The notes under the pieces: generated by a model
Told to the model about the DNA's origin: nothing
The model's database searches: none
The model's input: only the letters and a program-made list of their open reading frames with translations
Translations under genes and position numbers: made by a program
NCBI GenBank assembly: GCA_946499505.1
Contig: CAMMSL010000011.1
Span: forward strand, 1-32,000
Direction of reading: 5' to 3'
Source: an uncultured Lachnoclostridium sp.
Lineage (GTDB): Bacteria > Bacillota > Clostridia > Lachnospirales > Lachnospiraceae
Length of the DNA stretch: 32,000 bases
Shown: piece by piece, positions 9,016 through 16,915 of the stretch
Numbering within the stretch: position 1 is the stretch's first letter
Layout: every line of letters begins with the position of its first letter

Positions 9016-9198
9016 GGATACTCCCATTTTAGCCATTTTTCGCAAAATATCTTCCCTTGGCTTCCTTTCCCCGGATTCGTATTGAGCGATACGGATATCA
9101 GCGGAGTTCTCGGAAAAGCCGAGTGCAAGACCAAGCTGCTTCTGTGTAAGATGATTTTTGTTTCTTAAGTGCTTAATTTTTTCTCCAAAAGTGATCAT
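9016..9198 (-). pseudogene. XRE-family HTH regulator, 3' end truncated by IS256 (the tail of ORF 8989-9198 is read from the IS inverted repeat)
   Basis: KIKHLRNKNHLTQKQLGLALGFSENSADIRIAQYESGERKP is a Cro/C1-type HTH. The last ~8 codons (QSLCKPSN) lie inside the IS256 right inverted repeat. Confidence 0.75.
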
Positions 9199-9279
9199 AA
9201 TAATAATTCTCCTCTCTGTGTGTTGTGTATTGGTTGGTATTAAGATGCCGATATATACGGCGTCTCTGATTGTAAAAGT

Positions 9280-9693
9280 TTATTTTCCAGTACTGCCAAA
9301 GGCTCCGGTGCCACGTTCAGTGCCAAGATCCAGTACAAAATCGGCAATAATCACAGGAGTGATGACCAGCTGGCCAATTCGGGTATCCTTCTTGATTGTC
9401 TGCCGGATATTGCTTACATTGCTGACAATGGCATGGATTTCACCACGATATCCGGAATCGATGGGCGGCAGTTCGCATACCAGACCTTTGACGGCCAGGC
9501 TGCTCCTGGGAAACACATATCCTGCGTATCCGTCAGGGATTTCCAGTCCAAATCCCAGTGGTATTTTTATGATATCACCGGGGTTCAGAGTACAGTCAAA
9601 GGGAACATATACATCCGCTCCGGCATCATTTTCATGAGGTCGGAAGGGACAATGTTCTTTGGAGACTCCAAAATCAATCAGTCGTATTTTCAT
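9280..9693 (-). CDS. dut: dUTP diphosphatase (trimeric dUTPase)
   Basis: All five dUTPase motifs are present: DAGADVY, PRSSLAVKG, IDSGYRGE, RIGQLVI and RGTGAFGSTG. Confidence 0.95.
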   Translation of the reverse strand: MKIRLIDFGVSKEHCPFRPHENDAGADVYVPFDCTLNPGDIIKIPLGFGLEIPDGYAGYVFPRSSLAVKGLVCELPPIDSGYRGEIHAIVSNVSNIRQTIKKDTRIGQLVITPVIIADFVLDLGTERGTGAFGSTGK

Positions 9694-10457
9694 GAGAGTT
9701 CACCTCCCATGAGAAGCGGATAATCCCGTAAGATAATATCAGCCGGAGTAAGGGATCGTTCAAGAGGATTTCTGCAACTCATTTTTCCTTCCAGGCATTT
9801 TCCACGTTGGCAGAATGGACCTGTCAGTTCCGGAAGAAAAAGTACCGGGCTTAAATCATACAGATCCTTCCAAATATTCAGGATCACGATTCTCATTTCA
9901 TCCGTGTTGCGTCTGCAGGAACGCTGCCCGATCATATGTTTCCACTGGTAAGGGGTCGCACTGATAAGCAGAACATTTCTTAACCCCTGTGGTGTCAGAT
10001 ATCCTGCCGAGTCGTGGCTGATGCCGGTTTTGCAGAGGCGCTCATAATTATCCATATCGGTCTGGCAGCTTTTTTCATATAATTCTTTGATAGCCGCCGG
10101 TGCGGTGAGGATCTCATAGGGTATTGCGAAATCTGCTTCCCCGGAATAGTTGCTGTACTGGAGGGATGCGCTCATGAATTTTACCTCATTCTGGTGCCGG
10201 GTGATCTGGGAAAGAAATCTCCGGCTGGCGCCTACTACAGCTACTGTAATCACGGCAAATTTCTGTATGGCAGGATGCGGGAGTTGTCCCATATTTTTTA
10301 CGGTATCATTAGTAAAGGACTGATTGTACAGTCGGATCAGATCTTCCATGTTGTGGATCAGATGCCCGCGCTGTGTCAGCCTGGCTGCAAATACCATCGT
10401 CTTTTCAGCTTCGCTAACGGCGGAGCAGTTCAGGATTTTTGTTTCAATTCTGTTCAT
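9690..10457 (-). CDS. thyX: ThyX-like FAD-dependent thymidylate synthase homologue with a divergent signature motif
   Basis: HPAIQKFAVITVAVVGASRRFLSQITRHQ…SASLQY occupies the position of the ThyX RHR…SxRY motif. AGYLTPQGLRNVLLISATPYQWKHMIGQRSCRR…EMR and GPFCQRGKCLEGKMSC match ThyX C-terminal features. It has an ATGA overlap with dut. Confidence 0.8.
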   Translation of the reverse strand: MNRIETKILNCSAVSEAEKTMVFAARLTQRGHLIHNMEDLIRLYNQSFTNDTVKNMGQLPHPAIQKFAVITVAVVGASRRFLSQITRHQNEVKFMSASLQYSNYSGEADFAIPYEILTAPAAIKELYEKSCQTDMDNYERLCKTGISHDSAGYLTPQGLRNVLLISATPYQWKHMIGQRSCRRNTDEMRIVILNIWKDLYDLSPVLFLPELTGPFCQRGKCLEGKMSCRNPLERSLTPADIILRDYPLLMGGELS

Positions 10458-10770
10458 AAGTACCCTCCTCTTTGATGATCGCTGCCAGCAGGAAGAGATA
10501 GTTCAGGCTGTCGGTGATCTTCTCATCCCATAATTCTTTTGTGAAGGAAGTATTCTTGGCATAACACATATCATATAAAGATACGATATGTTTTGCCATC
10601 ATCCCGACAAGAGCCCGCTGGGGCGTGCAGTCCTGAAGAGAAGCGGCGATCCGGAAAGCGCTGAGTCTGTCTTCGCGGTCGCCGGTATATTCTTTTTTCT
10701 TCATCCGTAATGTTTCTTCGCATTTATTGACCTGATCTGCAAAGATCAGTCTAAATTCTGATTGTGTCAT
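10444..10770 (-). CDS. DUF1599 / all-alpha MazG-like (nucleotide-modification-associated type) small protein
   Basis: KKKEYTGDREDRLSAFRIAASLQDCTPQRALVGMMAKHIVSLYDM…EKITDSLNYLFLLAAIIKEE fits the pattern I remember for this family (…DYG…D.LSNFR…G…KL.RL…E…D…NY..LL). This is a motif-level call only. Confidence 0.5.
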   Translation of the reverse strand: MTQSEFRLIFADQVNKCEETLRMKKKEYTGDREDRLSAFRIAASLQDCTPQRALVGMMAKHIVSLYDMCYAKNTSFTKELWDEKITDSLNYLFLLAAIIKEEGTYEQN

Positions 10771-12422
10771 AATGATTCTTCTTTCCTTTCTTTCTGTGAG
10801 TTGTGATGTGCTGCTGATTGAATGGGAACTTTTTCTGTCTCCATTGCCGTTCTGTCAAGAATGGCATCTACGTTATAGGAAACAGTCTCCAGTTCTGTGC
10901 AGCGGCTTCTTAGTTCTTGTAATGCCTGTTTCTGGGAACTGATTTTATCCTGCAGGTTCTGTTTGCGGGATTTTAATGATTTCATTGAAAGCATTTTCCC
11001 GTCAGTATAGAAGCTTTTCAGCCAGTCCCTGGCCTGTTCATATGCCTGCAGTTCAGAAGCATGCTCACTGCGGAATTTCTTTTTGCTTCTGGATCGTATG
11101 AATTCTGTATATGTTCCTTTAGATGAAAAGTACTGTCCTGTGTAGTGAATCTGCGAATTTAATGTCTTCAATTCTGCAGAGAGTTCATCTAAACTTTCTT
11201 GTGCCTCATTCAGTTTTGCACTTGCCTCCGATATGATCCTGGACAGGTTTTCTCTGGTGTCATAACCATGTTCCTGAATATAGATCAGGGTATTCGCCAT
11301 TTGCTGCAGATTGGTGATCTTAACTTTACGGGCATAAGCTTCACTCTGCATAGCTTTAACATTTGTCTGCAAATCAACCACAAGACGTAGATGTGTCCGA
11401 TAGTAGAAGATAGCAGTTGGATCTTTGTGGTAATCGCCATGGACAGAATGATGTGTAGTTGTTCTGTGTTCTGGCTGGATCCCATTATCGTTTTGGAGAA
11501 ATCTCTTTTCCAGGTGTTCCATGCCATAGTCTGTTCCCAGTGCTTTTTCAGTGATCCTGAGATCACGATCCGGATGCAGATATCTATATCTTCCTCTTTG
11601 CAAAATCACGGATATATTGTAATTTTCCAGAAGAAGAGATTGAAACTCTTTAAAATTTCTGGCTGATCCAGAGCATTCATCAATCGCCTTCCGGAGAAAA
11701 TCCTTCTTTGTCTGGAATGTTGTGGCCGTTGGTTTGAGACCTTTCTGTACAATTTCCTGATTAATCTGTTCCAGTTTTTTCTGTCCTCTGGTTATTGCAC
11801 GAAACTCTGCTTCTGTCACTTTTTCCGGAGCAGGAGAAAGAAGATCAACCTGATGTAGTCCTTCCCGCTCACACATGGCCATGACTTCCTTTTTCAGATG
11901 TTCCAGAAATCGGTTTGTGGACCGATGCTTATAGCCGGCCTTTTCTTCATTTGGCTTATCCATATAGTTCTGGCGTGCCACGGCATTTTTGCGGACACTG
12001 TTGATCACGATATGGGTATGGATGTTGCCGGAATGGTTTCCGCCGTCTGTGTGGGTAACCACCACCGCCTGATAGCCTGGGAAATTCTTTTTTGCAAATT
12101 CCAGGCAAAGCTCCTGTGCCCTTTTCCCAGTAAGCCCACATTCCGATACGTCCGCTGGATCGAAACTGATGATGTAATGGTGACTTTTTAATTCGTTTCG
12201 CCTGCGGTTTTTCTTAAATGCTTCATTTGTCATTCTGCATTCAATATCAAATGTATCAGGATTACAGTTGAGCCCGTCCAGATAGAATTCATCCCGGAGA
12301 ATTTTCTGTCCCAGTTCATTTTGAAGCATCTTGCCGGTTTTCTCATCATGCTGAAACAGCAGATACTCCATTGTGTCAGAATAATTGGCGTTATGACTTT
12401 TTATGTGTTTGATAACTGCCAA
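10767..12422 (-). CDS. Mobilization relaxase (MobA/VirD2-type, Relaxase/mobilisation nuclease domain) with a long coiled-coil C-terminus
   Basis: The histidine triad is HTDGGNHSGNIHTHIVINS, and HHYIISF lies upstream. I place the start at the TTG at 12422 (MAVIKHIKS…), 5 nt after AGGTGA; the ORF track starts at 12482. Confidence 0.9.
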   Translation of the reverse strand: MAVIKHIKSHNANYSDTMEYLLFQHDEKTGKMLQNELGQKILRDEFYLDGLNCNPDTFDIECRMTNEAFKKNRRRNELKSHHYIISFDPADVSECGLTGKRAQELCLEFAKKNFPGYQAVVVTHTDGGNHSGNIHTHIVINSVRKNAVARQNYMDKPNEEKAGYKHRSTNRFLEHLKKEVMAMCEREGLHQVDLLSPAPEKVTEAEFRAITRGQKKLEQINQEIVQKGLKPTATTFQTKKDFLRKAIDECSGSARNFKEFQSLLLENYNISVILQRGRYRYLHPDRDLRITEKALGTDYGMEHLEKRFLQNDNGIQPEHRTTTHHSVHGDYHKDPTAIFYYRTHLRLVVDLQTNVKAMQSEAYARKVKITNLQQMANTLIYIQEHGYDTRENLSRIISEASAKLNEAQESLDELSAELKTLNSQIHYTGQYFSSKGTYTEFIRSRSKKKFRSEHASELQAYEQARDWLKSFYTDGKMLSMKSLKSRKQNLQDKISSQKQALQELRSRCTELETVSYNVDAILDRTAMETEKVPIQSAAHHNSQKERKEESL

Positions 12423-12786
12423 TATAATCACCTGCCAATCGAAGCACTTCTTTCCGCAGCGCATAAAGTTCTGCAATTGCACGTTCTATCTCCTCCTGCA
12501 TGGCAAGAGAGCGTTCCCCACCACTGTTAAAATGCCTGGCGATCTGGTTCAGGTTGGATCCGATTTTCCCATATTGTGCGAGAAGTGATTTGACCTCCTC
12601 GCTGTCAATTACAATCTGGTATTTCGGAGTCAGTTTCCTGTTTAAGATCACGTTCCGGATGAAGTCTGATCTTGTCATCCTGCATTTTTCAGCCCGGTCA
12701 TCTAATACAGATAGTTCTATATCCGTCAACCGGAGGCAGATGATGTGTGTGCGTAGCTGTTCATTATTCTTTTTGATCTTTTTCAT
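12391..12786 (-). CDS. mobC: MobC-type relaxosome accessory protein
   Basis: The RHH-like N-terminus is LRLTDIELSVLDDRAEKCRMTRSDFIRNVIL and the MobC motif is GKIGSNLNQIARHFN. It lies directly upstream of the relaxase and overlaps it by 32 nt. The RBS is GGAAGGAGGAG. Confidence 0.9.
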   Translation of the reverse strand: MKKIKKNNEQLRTHIICLRLTDIELSVLDDRAEKCRMTRSDFIRNVILNRKLTPKYQIVIDSEEVKSLLAQYGKIGSNLNQIARHFNSGGERSLAMQEEIERAIAELYALRKEVLRLAGDYIGSYQTHKKS

Positions 12787-12836
12787 ACTCCTCCTTCCAC
12801 TGCGTGATAAATGGAGCCGCCAACAGCGGTGCCATT

Positions 12837-12897
12837 CACTGAAATGCCGGCTGTCCCTTCCGGATAGATTTCAGTGCTGCGCCCAACATTCTGTTGG
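12837..12897. other. Candidate oriT (inverted repeats upstream of mobC)
   Basis: cactgaaat (12837-12845) pairs with atttcagtg (12868-12876). It is followed at once by ctgcgccc, then ccaaca-ttc-tgttgg (12883-12897). A further hairpin atgggga/tccccat lies at 12967-12987. Confidence 0.45.
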
Positions 12898-13267
12898 AAG
12901 CCAATATAATTCCGATACATTTTTGATCACTGCTGGATAAAGAAATGTATGGGAATTGCCGAGGGTATGGGGAAACGGAATCCCCATCAAGAGCCCGACC
13001 ACGGAGAATGCAAAAGTCAGAAAATCTGCTTTTGTATTACGGGGTGGATCTTGCTCTTTGAAAATTCAAACCCTCTCATTAATAGAAACGAAAAGGGCTT
13101 GTTTTACAGTGTGGATCATGAAAAATTTCAAATTATTTTTTATTTGGACTGTCAAAAATAATCAAAAAAAGCTAATCACAGACGCTGTAAAATTCCCCGA
13201 TTTCCTTTCTATATATGAAGAGGCTAATATCATGGCCCTTCGTATTAATGAATGGAAAGAGGTATGC

Positions 13268-13453
13268 ATGATGGCAGAGAAAAGGTGTTACACAGTAGCA
13301 GAATTACAGGAAATTCTTGGAGTCAGCCGACCGACAGTTTACAGCCTTCTGAAAAGAAATGAATTTCGCTGGATCCAGTTGGACGGCGGAAAGTACCGGA
13401 TCTCCAAGAAAAGTTTTGACGACTGGCTGGATAAACAGCCTTCTGAAGAATAA
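13268..13453 (+). CDS. Excisionase-like HTH_17 (MerR-superfamily) DNA-binding protein
   Basis: YTVAELQEILGVSRPTVYSLLKRNEFRWIQLDGGKYRISKKSFDDWLD. The start is uncertain: ATGs at 13232, 13268 and 13271 each follow a purine-rich RBS. The upstream part of ORF 12956-13453 looks non-coding. Confidence 0.75.
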   Translation: MMAEKRCYTVAELQEILGVSRPTVYSLLKRNEFRWIQLDGGKYRISKKSFDDWLDKQPSEE

Positions 13454-13536
13454 TTTCCATATGAAAAAAGTTCATCGACATAGTAACGCTATTCTTATAT
13501 TTCCGTTATCCTTTCAGCAGGAAGGGAGAATTGATT

Positions 13537-14532
13537 ATGAATAAAAAGGAAGAATGGATGAAAGAAGAATACCAGGATATGATCGAGGCCATTGAATCCC
13601 ATAGTCCATACAAAAGAAAACCATCTCCTCAAAAGAAATGGATGAGTGTAGCGGAAATGGGAGAACTGTTAGGACTTAAGAAGACGGATCGGTACTGGCT
13701 TCTTCATAAGAATGTATTTGAGTCCAGAGAGATTGCCGGCAAGCTGCGGGTCAATATTGCCAGTTTTGAAAAGTGGTATGCCAATCAGGTGAAATATCAG
13801 AAAGTGACCGGGGAAGAGCCGGGACTGGAATTAAAAGAATGGTCCTTTTCTGTACGTGATATTGCGCAGCTTTTGGAAATTGAAGAAAGCGTTGCCTATG
13901 ACCTGATTAAAAGGGAAAAGCTTGAGACAGTTACGATCGATTACTGGAAGCGGATACCGAAAGATGTATTTTGGAATTGGTACAACGGACAGACGAAGTA
14001 TCAGACAGCTGAGGATCGTAAAGCAAAGAGAGAATTATATGAGGCAACCATCAGTATGCCGGATATGGCGAGACTGCTTGGTGTTAGCAGAGGAACTGTT
14101 TATACTTTGCTGAAAAGCAGAAAATATGGAAAATATTTTTCTACAGTTATTATTGCTGATCAGAAACGGATCACAAAAGAAAGCTTCCAGAAATTTCTTG
14201 ATGAGCAGGATGAGTATCAGTTGTCACCCTGCAATGATTATAAAGAACTTGCTATGGAAGAAAATATAGCATTGGCGAATTACCGACGAAAGAAACTTTT
14301 GCAGACCGGAGATCGGAGATGTAATGGGAATCTTAATTATCTGACTCCGGAAGAAGCAGCACTGATGGCAAAGGTTTCAAGATCCATGATTGTAAACTGG
14401 TACCAGAGGGAAGAATTTCCAATCATACATATTGGAAACCGGGTACGGATCTGCAGAAAAGAGTTTGAAGCATGGCTGGAAGAAAGGAGAAAGAAGAATG
14501 GCGTCCATACAGGAACGAAACCACAAGTATAA
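13537..14532 (+). CDS. Protein made of four tandem excisionase-like HTH_17 repeats
   Basis: Four ~75-aa units each read W/Y-x-S/T-…-A-x-LLG…-Y-…-I-…-F-x-x-W, for example WMSVAEMGELLGLKKTDRYWLL…FEKWY. The other three are WSFSVRDIAQLLEIEESVAYDLI…FWNWY, ISMPDMARLLGVSRGTVYTLL…FQKFL and YLTPEEAALMAKVSRSMIVNWY…FEAWL. The ATG at 13537 lies 8 nt after GGGAG. Confidence 0.8.
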   Translation: MNKKEEWMKEEYQDMIEAIESHSPYKRKPSPQKKWMSVAEMGELLGLKKTDRYWLLHKNVFESREIAGKLRVNIASFEKWYANQVKYQKVTGEEPGLELKEWSFSVRDIAQLLEIEESVAYDLIKREKLETVTIDYWKRIPKDVFWNWYNGQTKYQTAEDRKAKRELYEATISMPDMARLLGVSRGTVYTLLKSRKYGKYFSTVIIADQKRITKESFQKFLDEQDEYQLSPCNDYKELAMEENIALANYRRKKLLQTGDRRCNGNLNYLTPEEAALMAKVSRSMIVNWYQREEFPIIHIGNRVRICRKEFEAWLEERRKKNGVHTGTKPQV

Positions 14533-15898
14533 AGTGGTCTATTATTATAAGAATGATGCGGGCGAAAGAAAGCAAAAATGGGAAACATATGATACAAAGG
14601 CGGAAGCCCGCAAACGCAAGAAGGAAATTGAGTATAAGCAGGAGTTAGGAACATTTGTTGCACCTAAGTGTACCTACCTGTCGGATCTTCTCGATGAATA
14701 TGTTTTTATTTATGGAACAAAAGCCTGGGTAATGTCTACATATCAGGGAAAAGTTGGCCTGATCAGGAATTATATCAAGCCGATGATAGGTAAAGTGAAA
14801 CTTTCGGATTTGAATACGCATTTTATAGAAAAATACTATCAGACACTTTTGGAGACACCGGCTGTTGTCAATCCGATGACCAAAAAACCAAAAAGCGAGT
14901 ATGTTACAACAGGAACGATACGGGAGATTCACAAGCTGCTCCGCAACTGCTTTGAGCAGGCAATTAAATGGGAACTGATGGAGAAAAATCCCTGCCAGCG
15001 GGCGACTGTTCCTAAACATACGCCTAAAAAGCGCGAGATATGGGAAGCAGACACTATGATGCACGCAATGGATGTATGTGTTGATGAGAGAGTTGTCCTG
15101 GCCTGTAATATTATTTTTGCCGGTACACTCCGTCCCGGCGAGGTCACGGCGCTTTCCTGGGACGCTATGGATATTTCCATGGAAGCGATTGATGAGGATC
15201 GGGCTTATATCGTTATCAATAAAGAATTGCAGAGAGTAAGTAAGGAGGCTTTGAAAGCATTGGATGGAAAAGATGTACTCCTTGTATTTCCAGAAACCAG
15301 AAAATCCAACAAAACAGTCCGTATTTTAAAAAAGCCAAAAACAGAAGGCAGCGAAAGAAAAGTTTTCATCCCGCGAACTGTGGCGCTTATGCTTGTCGAG
15401 TGGAAGAAGAAACAGGATCTGGAAAAAGAAGTAATGGGGGATGAATATATGGACTATAACCTGGTACTGGCAACCCCCTATGGACTTCCTGTCGGTGAAG
15501 ATGTGATCTTGAATGGATTGAAGAAACTTATTGCTGAAAACAATCTGCCTTCTGTAGTTACACACAGCCTCCGGCATACCAGCGTTACTTATAAGCTGAA
15601 GCTGAATGGTGGTGATATCAAGGCTACGCAGGGAGATTCCGGTCATTCCCAGGCCAATATGATCCTGAATGTTTATTCTCATATCCTGGATGATGACAGG
15701 AGGAAAAATGCAAAACTTTTTGAAAAAGCATTTTATGAAAAGAAAGAACTTGATCCGGATATCCACCAGAAGATGCCGGAGAATATGCTGCAGGTGCCAG
15801 AGGGAGTGGATCCGGAATTGCTTGGAAAAGTGCTGGCTGACCCGGAGATGGCTGCGCTGCTGGTATCGATGGCATCAAAAATGAACAGTAAAGTGTGA
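14498..15898 (+). CDS. Tyrosine recombinase / site-specific integrase
   Basis: The N-terminal arm-binding type sequence is MASIQERNHKYKVVYYY…. The catalytic region contains RPGEV, HSLRHTSVTY and GHSQANMILNVYSHI (the final Tyr). The ATG at 14498 lies 8 nt after AAGGAG and overlaps the end of the 4xHTH gene by 35 nt. Confidence 0.92.
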   Translation: MASIQERNHKYKVVYYYKNDAGERKQKWETYDTKAEARKRKKEIEYKQELGTFVAPKCTYLSDLLDEYVFIYGTKAWVMSTYQGKVGLIRNYIKPMIGKVKLSDLNTHFIEKYYQTLLETPAVVNPMTKKPKSEYVTTGTIREIHKLLRNCFEQAIKWELMEKNPCQRATVPKHTPKKREIWEADTMMHAMDVCVDERVVLACNIIFAGTLRPGEVTALSWDAMDISMEAIDEDRAYIVINKELQRVSKEALKALDGKDVLLVFPETRKSNKTVRILKKPKTEGSERKVFIPRTVALMLVEWKKKQDLEKEVMGDEYMDYNLVLATPYGLPVGEDVILNGLKKLIAENNLPSVVTHSLRHTSVTYKLKLNGGDIKATQGDSGHSQANMILNVYSHILDDDRRKNAKLFEKAFYEKKELDPDIHQKMPENMLQVPEGVDPELLGKVLADPEMAALLVSMASKMNSKV

Positions 15899-16007
15899 TC
15901 AAGATAGACACGGAATCTGTATTTGCTTATAATGAAAGTATTAGTTTGAGTTATTTTTGTTTGTTGATTTTTTAGAAAGAAGATCAACAGAAAAATGGAG
16001 GTATGTT

Positions 16008-16448
16008 ATGCTGAGCATCTATCTGGGGCAAATGGAAGAGGCAATCTATTATCCGCCTGCTTATTTTAATAATACGTATGATGATGAGTGGATCACAGAT
16101 CCCCTGACTGTAGAAATGATAAAAGATGTAGATAAATCAGAAGTCATCGGTCCTCATCTTATAGAGAGTCCTGTATTGGGCCCGATTTCTGTAAAAGAGA
16201 TATCAGGCGGTGTAAAAACATTGATCTTGATGGCTTTTGATGATTCAGGAAGAATTTTTAATGCATCCGCTTGTGGCAACAATTGTGCGAAATGGATTCT
16301 GGAAATCGGAAAAAGGAAGGATCTGACAATTAATCTGCGGCATATTATGAATTTTGGAAAAGAGCCTTTTGAAATCAAAATTCTTAACAATGGGGAAATG
16401 GTTCAGGATCTTGATCGTTTTATAGCGGTGGCCGCTAAGTACGTGTAG
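16008..16448 (+). CDS. DUF4869-like small protein (146 aa), function unknown
   Basis: The sequence MLSIYLGQMEEAIYYPPAYFNNTYDDEWITD…EISGGVKTLILMAFDDSGRIFNASACGNNCAKWILEI…LTINLRH matches my recollection of DUF4869 proteins. The ATG at 16008 lies 6 nt after GGAGG; the ORF track starts at 15957. Confidence 0.6.
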   Translation: MLSIYLGQMEEAIYYPPAYFNNTYDDEWITDPLTVEMIKDVDKSEVIGPHLIESPVLGPISVKEISGGVKTLILMAFDDSGRIFNASACGNNCAKWILEIGKRKDLTINLRHIMNFGKEPFEIKILNNGEMVQDLDRFIAVAAKYV

Positions 16449-16456
16449 GTGAGAAG

Positions 16457-16915
16457 ATGACGGGAAAGCATAAGATTATTGTAAAAAACAACAGGCTTTA
16501 TTACGAGCTTGAAATAGAAGAAAAAATAACCATAATCCGTGGAGACAGTGCAACAGGAAAAACAACACTCATTGATATGATATGGCAGGCACGGCATTAT
16601 GAAGATTCCAGCGGAATAGAGCTGATCAGTGAAGTCCCATGCAAAGTATTGTACAGGGATAACTGGAAGTGGTCTGTGGAGGAGGCAGCAGATACTATAT
16701 TTTTTATTGATGACGGAAATGTTTTTGTCACTACAGAAGAGTTCGCGGATGCTGTAAAAAGAAGCGACAGTTATTTTGTCATTGTTATCAGAGAAAATCT
16801 GTATCATCTTCCGTATAGCACAGATGAAATATATGGGCTGCGCTGTTCCGGACGATATCGTGACACAAAAAGGATGTATCAGCAGATGTATCGGCTGGGT
16901 CCGGCGGAAACTTAG
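16457..16915 (+). CDS. Minimal P-loop NTPase (152 aa) with an ABC/SMC-head-like N-terminus
   Basis: A beta-strand lead-in KIIVKNNRLYYELEIEEKITIIRG precedes Walker A GDSATGKTT. A Walker-B-like TIFFIDDG and then YFVIVIRE follow. The RBS is AGGTGAG. The gap to the upstream gene is 8 nt. Confidence 0.65.
   Translation: MTGKHKIIVKNNRLYYELEIEEKITIIRGDSATGKTTLIDMIWQARHYEDSSGIELISEVPCKVLYRDNWKWSVEEAADTIFFIDDGNVFVTTEEFADAVKRSDSYFVIVIRENLYHLPYSTDEIYGLRCSGRYRDTKRMYQQMYRLGPAET

Noticed and set aside
9158-10533. Plus-strand ORFs 9158-9637, 9433-9723, 10194-10475 and 10324-10533
   Set aside because: They are antisense to dut and thyX, both of which have unambiguous motifs. Their composition is low-complexity.
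10767-12940. Short ORFs on both strands inside the relaxase and mobC genes (for example 11199-11390, 11285-11566, 11391-11666, 11898-12191, 12321-12530, 12500-12940)
   Set aside because: They overlap strongly supported genes and show no motifs.
14337-15987. Minus-strand ORFs overlapping the integrase (14337-14663, 14645-15064, 14929-15180, 15326-15766, 15624-15911, 15733-15987) and the plus-strand ORF 15669-15884
   Set aside because: They are shadow or out-of-frame ORFs within the integrase gene, with no independent support.
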